Positions 42,951 to 56,600 of a DNA stretch of 64,000 bases are shown in pieces. The notes under the pieces were generated by a model, which did not search any database, was not told the origin of the DNA, and saw only the letters and a list, made by a program, of their open reading frames with translations. Numbering within the stretch: the stretch's first letter is position 1; every line of letters begins with the position of its first letter. The translations under genes and the position numbers were made by a program. The DNA is from Kudoa neothunni (taxonomy: Eukaryota; Animalia; Cnidaria): NCBI GenBank assembly GCA_964304625.1, contig OZ199840.1, positions 6,140,776-6,204,775 on the forward strand. Direction: 5' to 3'.

Positions 42951-43149
42951 TTAAATATAAATATTTATAAGAAAAATTAATAAATATGCTATATATTGGA
43001 GATCCTTTTTTTAAATTATTTCAACTGATATCGGAAATATTGGCTAAACTACAGTATACGTGTAATTTTCGGACGAAATTTTTGTGCGCTCAATGAAGAT
43101 TGGATATATTTTTAATTTGAAAATATATTCATTATATTTTTAGAGAGGG

Positions 43150-43640
43150 TACTCAATTCCTTTATTAATATTTTATTTTAACCAGTTAGTCAGATATATA
43201 GTCGCCCAGGTTCTAGGATATTTTATTAATGGAATTCTGGTACTTTCTCTTGAATGTTACTTAAGTATATTCAATACGAATTGTATAACTTATTACTAGA
43301 GAAACTAACTATCTTTAATGGATAAAAGTTCCATGGATTAATCTCAAATGTTTTAAATTGTTGTAACCACGCCAATCGTCCTTTCGTAAGGTCGAGCCCA
43401 ACTTGACATTATCTACAATAATATTTTAGAGAACTTATCTGTGGAAAATCTTTTCAATTTTTAATAATCGTCTCATACATCGACCCCACCTATTATTTAA
43501 TATTACTAACCCCTTGAAAGCTTTCCTACACCATATTTTCTTTTTGAGGGGCGGTTTCATCAATTTGGATGATTATTTCTTCTCCTCCAATTTCATTGAG
43601 TTCTTCGTCTAATTTTAAAATCATTATGTTTCCAACAATG
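43150..43640 (-). mobile_element. Merlin (IS1595/ISXO2-like) transposase remnant
   Basis: Minus-strand translation gives NEIGGEEIIIQIDET...KYGVGK...IIGGVD and IIVDNVKLGSTLRKDDWRGYNNLKHLRLIHGT, matching the Merlin IGG...IDE...KY...GG and GS.I.SD.W..Y motifs. Boundaries approximate. Confidence 0.7.
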
Positions 43641-43844
43641 GTCTTTAATTGTAATATTGTTAAATGTGTTGATATATATATATATATCCAAATGCTAATC
43701 CAAAGCTTTATAGGCCATATTTGGATGATGGCCTCAATCGCAATAAAAATTATTCACTAAGAAAGCCACAAAATTTAAAATATTGTCCTATTTTGAATAA
43801 AATATCTTTTCTTGCAAACAATGCACTTGAATAGGTTCTCGTCG

Positions 43845-43956
43845 TTTACATCCTTCCTAACCGTCATGTACATATTCTCATCATACACACATGTATAAAA
43901 TTTACATCCTTCCTAACCGTCATGTACATATTCTCATCATACACACATGTATAAAA
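43845..43956 (+). repeat. Perfect tandem duplication, 2 x 56 bp
   Basis: TTTACATCCTTCCTAACCGTCATGTACATATTCTCATCATACACACATGTATAAAA occurs twice, head to tail. Confidence 0.95.
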
Positions 43957-44150
43957 ATAATGCAAAAATCCCACATTTTTGAAATTTTTTATAATATATT
44001 CAAGGTGAAATCCATAATAACCAGAATCAAAGATTGAAATGGTTCCAGTACTTTCGAGTGTGAATATTTTTGCAAAAAATAATTATAATACGATTTTTTT
44101 CGAACGCTCGTGACAATCGGCGAAGATTACACGTATGCTGTAATTTAACA

Positions 44151-46232
44151 CTCTAATCTTCCCCATTTTATAATAAATTGAATTTTCGAGATTTTAAAAT
44201 GTGGGCAAACCACAAATTAGTTTCAAATTACAATTATATAATTTTAACAATAATCTTCGTTCTGCTCATATTGAGACACGCGCGCTAGAATGCGCATGCA
44301 ACATTGATGTAGTTTTCTACTTGTAATTTATTTAATAATGACTTTTAAACTTGTGTTTCATTAAATTATTGTTTTTAATGATACTTTTACCTCGTGATAA
44401 TAGGTTTTGATAGGAATCAACGTCGTTATGTATATGGATTATATAAAGTCAATTAGTATTTTTATTGCTTTCTAATGCTTATCTAAACTTATAATTTTAA
44501 TAAAACTTAAGTTTTATTATGAATTCCTGATTCAATATACAATAATACAAGGTGTGTATTTAATCTTCATACTCATCACAATTAAAAGTATAAAACTCAC
44601 GGTTTTTAAAATGTAAATCATAGTAATAGAAATTCGGGAAATGAAGTGATTTCTCGATAGCGCGATGTGAAACCCTCTCCACATCGTGGTGTCAACCAAG
44701 GGTCAGCGACAATTTTACAGTTTATTGCTTGACAGCGAAAAACTAATGACACTATTAATCGAAAAAAATTTACTCTGAAGCTCTGATAGATGCGAAAATT
44801 GTCGTAAGTGTAATTCGTTAAAAGTAAAAATTATTAAGAGAATAATAAATAATAATTCATCATATGAATAAAACAACAAAATCACCCAAAATTATTCATA
44901 TATATGCTCAAAGTGTACGCAAAAAACCTATTTGATTCGTATCTCGATGAAGATTGGTTCCGATCAATATAAAAAGATTAATGGGAATATTTGGATTTTA
45001 TCCTTGTAAGACAGCGAAAGAAGGCACAATTTGAAGTAAGACAACAGGATTAATAAAAAGAAACCTACCTTGTACCTGACTTACTAATATTTAACCATGA
45101 ATTACAATAAGATTTTGTTTATTTCCAATATCTTGTTTATTTGCATGGAGTAGACGACTAATCTAAAATTTAATATTAATTTATTCTTCTGTTTCGATTT
45201 AATTATTTATTTTTAAATTATTGAGAAATTTAGAACAAAACTTAATTAAGTATAGCGTTCAATACACTTGGCTTTATAATTAGTAGTTATACGATTGTCT
45301 ATAATTAGAATCTACACCATATTTGGCTTATAATCGAACCTGGTTTAAACGTAAATTAATTTTTTTATCGGTTGTTAAGACAAGAAACCATCGTTCATAT
45401 ATGATAATAATTAGGTAAGCTAATGGGTTCTTATATAGCCGCTAATATAATAAAGAGGGGATTTCACAGATAGCGCCAATCAGACTGATGGTAATTACTT
45501 TAGAAACCCACGCACAATCTTTCAGCTCTAACATCGTTTTTTTGTGTAATTGCAATATTATACGGGATACATCTAGAAAATTTATGAATACTTTAAAAAT
45601 ATAAAAAACCCCAAATTGAAAGCTATGATAAAAACAGCATAATGTTTACACAGTTTATTATAATAATAAAACCGTGTGAAACAAATGGAACTTTATATAT
45701 TTGATTACAATCGTTCAATAGTACATTATATATATTTTTTATTGCAAAAACCTTTTTCTTTATCTTTAACTCATTAAATTGCATCAGTGATGTAAAAAAC
45801 AATATGTGATCCACTTATTCGACGCTTAACTTATTGTAGACACATTGTATAGGTAATCAAAAAATCCATAAGCTAGACAATAATTAGGCGAATGTTATAT
45901 ATAGGTATATGCAACAAAATTTCCACTTATCGTCTTATTTTTGTCAAAAGGAAGGTTTGATTGTAAATCACCCGATTAATATTACTATGAGGTAAAAGTA
46001 TCATTAAAAAACAATAATTTAATTGAAATTAAATTTAAAAGTCATTATTAAGTAAATTACAAGTAGAAAACTACATTAATGTTGCATGTGCATTCTAATG
46101 AGCGTGTCTCGATATGAGCCGAACGGAGATGATTGCGAAAACTTTATAATTATAATTTGAAACTAAGTTGTGGTTTTTCCACATTTTAAAATCCACAAAA
46201 TTCAATTTATAGTAAAATCGGGAAGACTAGAG
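44151..46232. mobile_element. Unclassified DNA element with long (~250 bp) imperfect terminal inverted repeats
   Basis: 44151-44400 is the reverse complement of about 45980-46232 (e.g. GCAACATTGATGTAGTTTTCTACTTGTAATTTA vs TAAATTACAAGTAGAAAACTACATTAATGTTGC). Confidence 0.75.
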
Positions 46233-48985
46233 ATGCACAACAGGCTTTATTTTGGGAGCTACACATTACATCGTTACCTATATTTATCTATAATAATTTT
46301 TGGCAAAAATAGTTATAATTAGTGTTTGTTTTACGATTTAAATTCATATTTAAAGTGGAATATTTTGTTGTGCCGTCTAGAAATTTTTTCGAGTTACTAC
46401 TGTACTGTTAAAATTAGTCCTTTAAAAGGAATTTATATTAATCTTTATGAATTGTACCATAAGACAAAAATTCAGCGAATTTCAGTTGCGTGACAATATT
46501 TGGCTTACAATTGGTCATTTAATGGTTCACAAAAACCCAAAAAATATTTAATCTCGTAAAAAGTGTGATTTATATCTTTATATTTTTCTGATCCCCAGGA
46601 ATTTGTTAGGGTGAAAGATTTGCGTTCAACTCAGAAAGTTTTCGCGAAAGTGGGATAATTGAATTGTTATCGATTAGTGAAATTCTTATACCATGCAGGT
46701 GTCGTATTTATAAATTAAATATGTACCCTAAAAATTTCAAAATAATCATTGGAATTTTTAAATTATACGGTTCTAAAGCATTTTATGCATTCAAGTTTTC
46801 TACTGTGCTTGAGAGATCAGAGTACTGCTATTTACAAACCAATACTTCTCTATGTAGTTAGTAATGCGTAAACAAAGCCAACAACAAGTTTTGAGTAAAA
46901 ATGCAAATATTTTTTACTATAAGTCTTCCCAGATGTTGGATTCAGAATTAGATTTAGCTCAATATTTGCGAGATTATAAAAATATATCAGACGCTATTTC
47001 ACCTCCTCAACCATGACAATAAATTTTAAACTTATTTTCACAATTCCTTATTGATATACTAACGAATAATTATTATTTAATTATTAGTCAAAAAATTTAT
47101 CAATAATATTCCATACCATAATATAAATAGATTGTAAAAAATATATTTTTCTAATTAATTTAGGCTAAAATTTAAGCTAAAGTTTAATTCAAATGAAGTA
47201 ATTGTATTGGAAAATTAATTCGAAATCTAAAAAAATTTGTTATAATGATAAAATATTAAATAACTTAAAATACAGTTATTCAACTAGAAATATATAACCT
47301 CTAGTCAATAAAATTGAAGTTTGAGTTAAATTCTTTTTTTTTTTGTGTTTCAAAATTAAATGTGAAATTTAATCATCGTAATTAGGGCGTAAGATCTTGA
47401 GTTTGAGCTGAAAAGCTCTGGATTACTAGTCTACATTACTTATATAAACTTTTATTTTATGTAAATATCGAAGATATTGTTTGTTGAATCATGTGGAAAA
47501 GAAAAATTCCTCTGACTACTTCTTGTATGGAACACGGGTGTAATATTCAATAATCTTTAGTTGCAAAAGATCAAATATTACTATCATATGTGCTAGAAAT
47601 TTAAACATTCTTCATTTAAATAAGTTCCCTTCACCATAACCTTACGGCAGATTCTATCCATCTCAAAAGTTTCCAACGATGATTTTTGTCTATAATTCTC
47701 CTAATAACTATGTTAGTATTAATCGATGACGAGCCAAATATTCTGGATTGAAAATAACTCGCAGATAGTCATCTGTTACATTTTATACCTTATTAGATGT
47801 TCTCATAATATATTCATATCTACATTTACATTCCAACTTATATAAAAGAGGTGGCCAGACTTGCTTAATTGGGAACCGAATTTAATGAACTTCAAATTTT
47901 TCGGAAGCATTAGGTGTAGAAATTATATTTTGGTGTTTTTATATTTATATTTTGTCTAATAGTTTTAATTAATAATTGATTGATGTTAAATTCATGCGTT
48001 CTTATTCAAGATAATTGCATAATTCTGACTTTCAAAGTGACCAAATAACTTTATGAGCAAAATTTCATGAAACGATAAGTCAAGTTCAAATTTTTCAAGA
48101 GCTGCTGTTTAGCCACACCTATTATATAACTATTTGATAGAAAGAATTTTTAAGATAATTAATGATGAAGTCAGTATAATCTTTAAAAATTATAAAAAAT
48201 ATACAATATAAGATTATGATGTTCGAAATAATTATAAAAATATGATTCCCCACAACAACATTCGATATTGATCAATGGTTATTTCACAAAATGACGAATA
48301 AACTGGTAAGAATTGTTAATATTCTCACATTTTAACTTTCATATATAACCAAATATTATATGAATTATTATCTAAAACGTTATTAATTCTGAATTATGCT
48401 ATTAAATCAGTCGATTTTCTGTATGGAACCTATTGGATCATTTGCATGCAATGGCGTAAGGTTTTTATGAGCACGACTAAGTTAAACTTTTGGTCCATAA
48501 GAACCGACCTCAGATCATTGTTATGGCAACAGCTGGAGGATCAATAAAAGAAATGGTTGTCGTACATCTAAAAGATGACAACTTATAACGGTCAAAACAG
48601 ATATTGTGGTTACATTGGATCAGCAGAGATCGCCCAAATTACGGAATGGTTTTTAAATCAACATAAAAAAGCAAAAAAATAATGCCTTTCAGAAAAAGAA
48701 CAACATAAAAAATATCGACTATTAACGTTCTCTTGCATAAATAAATTTTATAATCATTTAAACACTAACGAAATTAGCGATTCGCCGCCCTCCTAATCAG
48801 ACCATAAAATAAAGTCCAGCAATTAAACTAATTCTAATTGCGACAAGAAACATCCAATATGTTACTAAAGAGAACTAGAGATAAAGACAAAGCTTTTACA
48901 AGCAAACATTAGAGTTGATAATAAGATAATAAGGTGAATGTGTGCGATTAGCAACAGCAAAACCTTGAGTAATAGCCGAAGTCGA

Positions 48986-50523
48986 TTAAAGTTCATCCTT
49001 GGAGTCTTCGGCGATTTTGTTAGTATTTTTCTCAATGAATTTAACAAAAGCATCGAGACTTCTAGCACCGGAGTATTGCATGGGTTTTTCCTCAGTCGAT
49101 CCAGCCTTGGAGAAGAAAAGAGTTGGGAAACCAGTTATATCATAATCGGTAAGAGGAATGTCGTTAGCAGTGGCATCAAATTTGGCAATAACGATAGATG
49201 GATCATTTTTGTATTTTTCGGCGAGCTCATTCCAGATAGGTTCCAATTTCTTGCAATGTCCACACCATGGGGCATACATTTTGATGAAAACATTTTTGTT
49301 TTTATCCGACACAAAAGATTTGAAATTGTTGGCAACAACAACCACTGGTGCACCTTCTTTCTGTTGTTCGGGGATAGGTTCGGATTTATAGTAGGGTTCT
49401 ATTTTTCCTTCACTGAAGTCGGTAACAAATTGTTTCAACTCTTCGGGCAATTTTTTGAGATCACTGAATTTGATAGAAGATTTTGGAACGTATCGTTTGA
49501 ATTCAGCATCATCAATGGTGAAAACGAGTTCATCTTTCTTGGCATCAAAACCAACACTATCAATATAACCAGAAAAGTCGTCAGATGCAGCAATAGCAAA
49601 CTGAACACTGGGGTATTTCTCAGCAATAGGGAACAATCTGTTTCGGATCATTTTAAAGTATGAGCTATTGGTTTTGAAGGAGGATGCAACGAATACAGTG
49701 GCAAGTGGTCGGGGTATATTCTCATCATTGGTAACATCTCTCAAAGCAACTCTTCCATGTAGACTGTATTTAACAAAATCATCAAACTTCTTGATATCTT
49801 CTTCAGCACCATTCTCCGCTTCGACGTTGGTAACGAGTTGTTGGGCACGTTGGAAAACAAGACTTTCAGGAGTGGCAATTGAAAACACTTTTGAGGGGAT
49901 TTTCACAAGGCTGACACCAAATTGTGCTGCACCAAGATACTTTTCGGCAACCTCTTCAAATCTTTTGAAAGCTTGAGTGTTTTTACCTTTAGTAAACAAC
50001 ACAAAGGTAGTGTCCACATCGTTCTTGAGGAATTTAGAAACCTCGCCATCTTCCAAGTCTTTGTACAATGGTGAGCCGTGTTTCTTAGCAAATGCAGTAA
50101 GGCTGTGCTTATCTCGGTGACCTTGATAGTCAACAACTTTTTCGGTAGGGGTGCTTTTTTCGTTGTATTTGATAAATTTCAGGGTTGGATAACCTCCAAC
50201 GCTGAAACGTTGGCAAATTTCTTTACCACTGGTTGTGCAATCAACTTTCACAATGGCACCATAACTTTCGTCCACCAGGTTGGCAACTTCCTCCCAATCT
50301 GGAGCCAATCGTTTGCAATGTCCGCACCTATTCCAGTCAATCGATTTATTAGCGAATAAGAGCTAATAAAATACCAAGGAGCGAAGAATTTCACGAAAGC
50401 TTTTCCGTGCTTCATTAGGTTCTGATCGAAATTCTCATCATTCCATTCTTCAGGTTTTTTGGCTGAATTCAAATTAAACAATGAAGATGTGGCTATTAAT
50501 CCAAACAGGATAAAATTTAACAT
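48986..50523 (-). CDS. Protein disulfide-isomerase (ERp57/PDIA3-like), a-b-b'-a' architecture
   Basis: Signal peptide. Two APWCGHC sites, the first restored by removing intron 50328-50374. YYKSEPIPE linker and C-terminal KDEL. Confidence 0.93.
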
Positions 50524-51635
50524 TTTCTAGATGTGAAAATTAGTTTTGTAACACTCGAGTAGAAACCACCTACCGGCAACAACTTAAGTATGACTCACCA
50601 CTAAGCACGAATACGAACGAAATATCTTTGGTGTTATAATACGATAGTCTCTTGTTATTAAAGTGCGAACGATTCACACATTTGCGTATCACGCTATTTT
50701 TATCCAATGTACGCATTTTTATAGACAACACTATTGAATTTTCGAACCACTTTTTACATCGCTTCGGAAGCTGCCAGAGTTGATGGAGAAAATTTCCACA
50801 AACAAACACTTTCATTATAATTCGATTAATATCTGGATCATTAATTAACCAAATTATCCGTTCAAAAATGGTAAGTTAAATTATTTTTTTAATATTCAGC
50901 ATTCTGAAAGAGTTTTAAAACTTATTGGCATCATAATCTCAAAAGGAATCAGTCAAAACAACCTGTTAGTATCGCATTAATCATTATCACTACAATAACA
51001 ACACAAAAGGTTGTTTACTCAATTAATATCGCGAGGATAAAATACTTATTGTTGACAAGTGATGTATCATAAATATTTATTGCTTACAAGTGAAGTATTA
51101 TAATTAAGGGTATAATTTAATTCCAGGAGCGAACAGCTGATATTTCGTAACCCATTTCACTTTTTTTAAATATTTCAATTGAAGCTATGAGCGAAAAATA
51201 ATCTTATGTTTGATAGGCAAAAGCTAATTTTTAGCTATCGCAATTAATAGGAACCCAAACAACTGCGTAGGGTAGCACTAGCGAGACGTTCATGTGTATT
51301 CTACGACTAACAACGGTTTTATTATCGGTGCTTACTGTATAGAAGTCAAATTATCTCTCAATATGCTGTATGTGTTCCACATTCTAATCATTAATTAAGA
51401 CTTTCATATTTCAATTAAACTATTAGATGATTAATTGTGTCAAATGTTTATTTTTATTAACTAACATAAATTATTGGATGGAATATAGGTAATCCTGATG
51501 AAAATTGTTCAACAAAAATCACACTAACTTGGTTTAAAAAAAAGTGGATTAATATCCAAACAAATTACAATCTTTAATCGGAAAACACGGCCGCCTTTTC
51601 GCAGTTTAACCCAAGTGATATTTTTAATTTGGTAC

Positions 51636-53445
51636 AGGCAATTCTTACGATAAGGAATATCTTCTAGAATAGCTAAGATACTACAAAACTGATTTCATTA
51701 ATGTGTTGAGCTATTTTTTATTTCCTTATTAATATCAAATTTATTAAGTTAGATTTTTATTAAAAATTTCTGATGAGTATGATCCTGCAACCATCCTAGA
51801 TTTATTGAATTCACTTAAAATTCGCTTATTCGTAAATACATTAGCGGTAACATATGTTCTAAAGGATGAAAATGACGTTTTCCATCCTACTAAAAAGTTC
51901 AGGGGGTTAGTCGTGAACCACGTGAGCCATGCGTTCTAGCCGGCCAAAGTAACCTTGTCTAATATGCACAAAACGTCGCTTTTAACGCTGAAAAACTGTT
52001 GATTTTTAAAGAAATTTCTGAATTTATTTCTTGGTTTTCATTTAAAATTGATATATTTTATGTATAATTAATTTAGAAGAAATATTTACATTTTCTAATT
52101 CTCGAATTTTGAGAGTAGGTGACCATTTTTATCTGACAATGGGATTTTTGTTCAAAATTTAATGTATAAAGTTTTAAAATAATTCTATTCCTTAAACCAA
52201 GCTTTTTTAAATAGAATTCGAAAAGGTTCTCTCTGTATCAACCACAACAATGTATAATGAAAAAAATTTATATCCATTGATAATCAACGCATAGAATTGG
52301 TAAATAAGTGGTGAAATTTAAAAATCGAATTCGTTTTGAAATTTTAATAGGATACTAAAAAATTCCCATGTGCAATGAATATTAGCGTTATTTTCAATCG
52401 AGTATAGAGCGGCAATTTATGAGATCCCCGCCTAGAAGAAATCACATATCAATAAGTTGTCATAAATAATCATGGTAAGGAAAGAAAATCTCAATTTAAT
52501 AGTAATAATTCACTTATCTACAAAAATTTTGACGTTAATAAATATTTTTGTAAAATGTGACACCAACAAAAATAACACTTAGAGAATTTCGCGTATAGTT
52601 TCTCTGGAGGTAAGATTGCTACTCAGATTTTTTAAACTTTATTAATTATTGATACAAATTTTTAATCCAGATAATGGATTTTCAAATAAGATTTAAAAGT
52701 ATATTATTATGCGTAAGCAATATAAACTTGAATTAACCTCATCATCTTTAATTTCCAAATACAACCCCGCCAAAAGAATTCTCGAATGTCAAATATTAGA
52801 AATTGGGAAATCATGCCTATTTGGATATTTAATAAAGCTGATATCTAACCATCATCCTTTGGCTTAAATTTTCCATCAAAATTCAATGTATTAGGTCGAA
52901 GTTCATAGAACAAACATTAATGAACTTCCAAAAGACAGATGAAATTATGTCCAAATAACTAAAAATAAATTTATTATTATTTATGCATAAATTAATTTAT
53001 AAACAGGCTCGTAAAATATTGAATATATATTTGTCATTGGATGATCTATGAGATGCAGTAGCTATATATATATTTCAATTAAGTTAACCAAATTCATAAC
53101 GGTTTCTTTTATTTAATCAACTTTCCAGAACATCGTATCTGCTATGTAAGCACAGGCGAAATCGTGCGTAACTCAAATTCAACGAACGCGTAGAGTATGA
53201 ATAATGCATTTTCACCATAAAATAAAAGCACCACTAACTATTATTTTGACAAATAAGTTTATATATAGGAAAATTTAAGGAACCAACTACGATATAACGC
53301 TCAAGTTCACCAGTGATTTTTAATAAAAACTAACTTAATAAATTTTGCATAAATGAAGGAATAGAAAATAGCTTAACACATTAATGAAATCAGTTTTGAA
53401 AGATCTTAGCTATTCTAGAAAATATGCTTTACTGGAAGAATCGCC
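51636..53445. repeat. Inverted pair of ~140-bp repeats (51636-51775 / 53310-53445), probably piggyBac-type MITE copies
   Basis: TTCTAGAATAGCTAAGAT...AAAACTGATTTCATTAATGTGTT...AAATTTATTAAGTTAG occurs on both strands. TTAA|CCC at 51606 and GGG|TTAA at 53593 lie just outside. Confidence 0.65.
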
Positions 53446-53670
53446 ATTGCCTTTAATTTTAAAGGGCCTCGACGTTTCCGCAATGTCCATTTTTAATCGC
53501 AGCAGCTCCCATTTACAATAGATATATAATAAATTCACAAGAATCTGTTGCAGTTAATTATTCTTGGATCCTCGCTATCACTGGCACTCGTAGGGTTAAA
53601 AAATAATTAACTACAGTCAAAACTGTACATACTAGGATACTATGCTCCGCGCCAATAGCCATTTCTTAAA

Positions 53671-56600
53671 CCCTCTAACGACGTGAAAAAAATCTTACAC
53701 CAAATTTATTTTCGATAATTCTATTTATAAAATTAATATAAAGTGATATGTAAAGTTTTAGAAAATTCATACGTACAAATTACAAAGAAAATAAAAAATA
53801 TTGGTATCATTAATCTAATTATAATTCTATTGGATGTTTTCGCACACTACTCGTAAGCTTATGTAAACGCGGTCAGCGAATGAAATGTGTATTTTTCGCA
53901 AAGAGAAATGGACGATTAAATAAAATGTAACAAAGAATAAAGTTAATGATCTATTTTATACAATAAAAACAGATTTTTGTTGCGGGAACTTTTCAATAAG
54001 ATAGTTGACAGGTTCCGCAACATAAATAACATAAGGTGGTTACCTTGTCGTTTTTACAAGTACCAAGTTGACGTCCGGATTGTGATTTCAAGTTTAAAGC
54101 AAAATAATGTTTATTTTGAATACTTTTTCAACGTTAGTATTTCTAGTCGGCTATGGTTCATACAATAATTGGACCAAAGCTTATAAAAAATTATCCTTCT
54201 TTGTCTTATCGTTAAGTTTTTTTGTAAATCGAAAATGCGTAAACTATTATGTCAACCATATTAGGAAATATGACGACTGGCTATCTTCAGCAGAACATAC
54301 GTAAGAATACTAAAGATATCCTATCAACGGTGTGAACGACATCTTTAATGTTGTTATAATATTCGATAACGTGTGGTTTGCCGCCATTTTGTGGGCTTCT
54401 TATGTTGGTGTTATTTGTTCCCGTCGATAGAAAAATAACATCCTTTCCTTTCATGGGAACATACGGTGTTATCATATTTTTCTGATGGAGAAAGAATATG
54501 GTACTATGAAACGCCCCGTTCCTCAACAAAAGCACACACGGAGGAAAATCCCCCTTATTGTGTCTTAAAGTACAAAAATAAGTGCGGCGTTTTTGCCATA
54601 ACTCAGATACCAGCTATATCGACAAAAAGATTATCGGCAACAATTTTCCTCCCAGAATTATACATTGAAGATGGGAGTGCAAGAATAGTGTTTTCGCCAA
54701 CTCCAACACTTCTAACAGCGTTTTCGCCGTTTTTTCCAAGGTAGGAAAAAATATTGAGGACATTTCTCAATGGGATCAACCTCGAGAAAAAATTTCAGTT
54801 CATATTTTGCCGATTTATTGGGCGTCTATTGCCTAAAGGGGCATCTTAACTTAAAAGATGTAACATGTGGATTCTAAGGGCTGTAATACACCAATCACAT
54901 ATGCGCGATCGAGAGGAGAGCGGTATGGCACCAGCACCTTTAACGCTAATAACGCAGCAGGTTAGCGTAACAGTTCGGACTTTTTGTTACAAAAGGGAAA
55001 AGTTGTTCGTCAGTTGTGACGAACTAATCAGGGGAAAAGTACTTGGCTATTCATTCACCCACATAGTTTAAATATCACGAATTGAAGCAAATGTAACATT
55101 CCTGTTTTTATTACAAAAATGTAACGCCCGTGATATTTTTTTAACGAGCTCGAGAAAAAAGCTGACAATAATCATATCCAAACACATTGATATTTTTTAT
55201 AATCTCTTCAAAAATATCTCCATTAACCTTCAAAATAAATTAGGGTGTATTTCAACCCCACACATTCTCTAAGATCATTTTTTAAACACAAATGGTTAGA
55301 TTAATTTGATTTTGACTTCATGTTATCTTCTATATTATAGAGATCTTTACAAAGATGTAATAAAGTATTCGTATTTTAAAAAAGAAAAAAATTAAATCAT
55401 AAACACCTAAATAAAAATTGGGTAAAAGTCGACCCCAAATTTTTTTAGGCAAAATTGTAAGACATAAAAAATAATATTTATATTTGAGGTTTAAGAGAAT
55501 TTTATCGACAAAACATTGACTAAATAACAATACATTAGTGGCCATCATGTATTGCGCACGCACCTCAATTTAAACTATGAGTTCTTCTTCTGATTACTGC
55601 GATAGTTGCTCCGATTTAGATGATCTCGTTGTTAAAAATTTACGTCTTCGTGAAATCTCATCGGATATATCTGATGATGACGTTGAATTGGCCACCGATT
55701 CTTTGCTTGACAAAACTGGAAATTTCTAATCAGCTAATAAACTTATAATTTCAAGAACTGGATCAGAAAATATTTTTAATAATCGTCCTAGTGTATCACC
55801 TCTCGCTTTATTGAGAGTGATTAATTTAGGTGATACATTCCGACTATTATTGAATCAAGAAGTTTACGATCTGATCCTAAAATTTACAAATTCATTTGGT
55901 GCTAATCACTTTGATAGTAGTTGGGATAATTTAGATAAACCCGAATTTGAGGGTTATAATATTGGTGGTCTGTTGTTAATGGTTACCCACAAAGACTGAC
56001 AGGAACCCATTTCGGAGTTATTTGGAGTGATTTGCTTACACGTAGTTTCCGTCCATTTGATGATATATGCATTGATGGGCAGATAGTTTCTTTCAGAGGC
56101 CGTTACCCATTTAAACGATACATGCCTAGCAAACCAGCTAAATATGGTATTAAGATTTTTCTCGTAGTTGATCCTAGATCAACTTATGTATTTAATATAT
56201 AATATCGACGTCTATTTGTGAAAGCAGAACCAATTTGATTTGTGATAACTTTTTCACGTCTGTGGGACTGGCCGAGGAACTGCTATGAAAAAAACTAGCC
56301 TTACTCGGGACATTGAGATCTAATAAAAGAGAAATTCCGCCATATTTAAGACTATCGAAAAATACTCCTATTAATTTCTCTCTTTTGTGGTTGATGGTAA
56401 AATGATGATTTTAAGGCGCTTGTTCAAGAGAAACAAACCTGTTTATATGTTGTGCACCTCTGCAACTAATACCAACGTTTCCGAAGAAGAGCCCTACAAA
56501 CTTGATGTAATATTCTATTACAACTCTGCGAAAGGGGGAGTTGATACTATTTCTCGGTTACTTGCATCGGTAAATGTAAAAAGATTCATTAGACGTTGGC

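Noticed and set aside
43845-43956. Direct repeat considered as CRISPR-like
   Set aside because: Two adjacent copies with no spacer in a eukaryotic genome; a simple tandem duplication.
46590-48660. Scattered exon-like segments with splice-like signals
   Set aside because: No consistent frame or recognisable protein could be assembled.
48938-50359. Plus-strand ORFs, including a 241-aa one, opposite PDI
   Set aside because: Antisense shadows caused by codon bias; no recognisable motifs.
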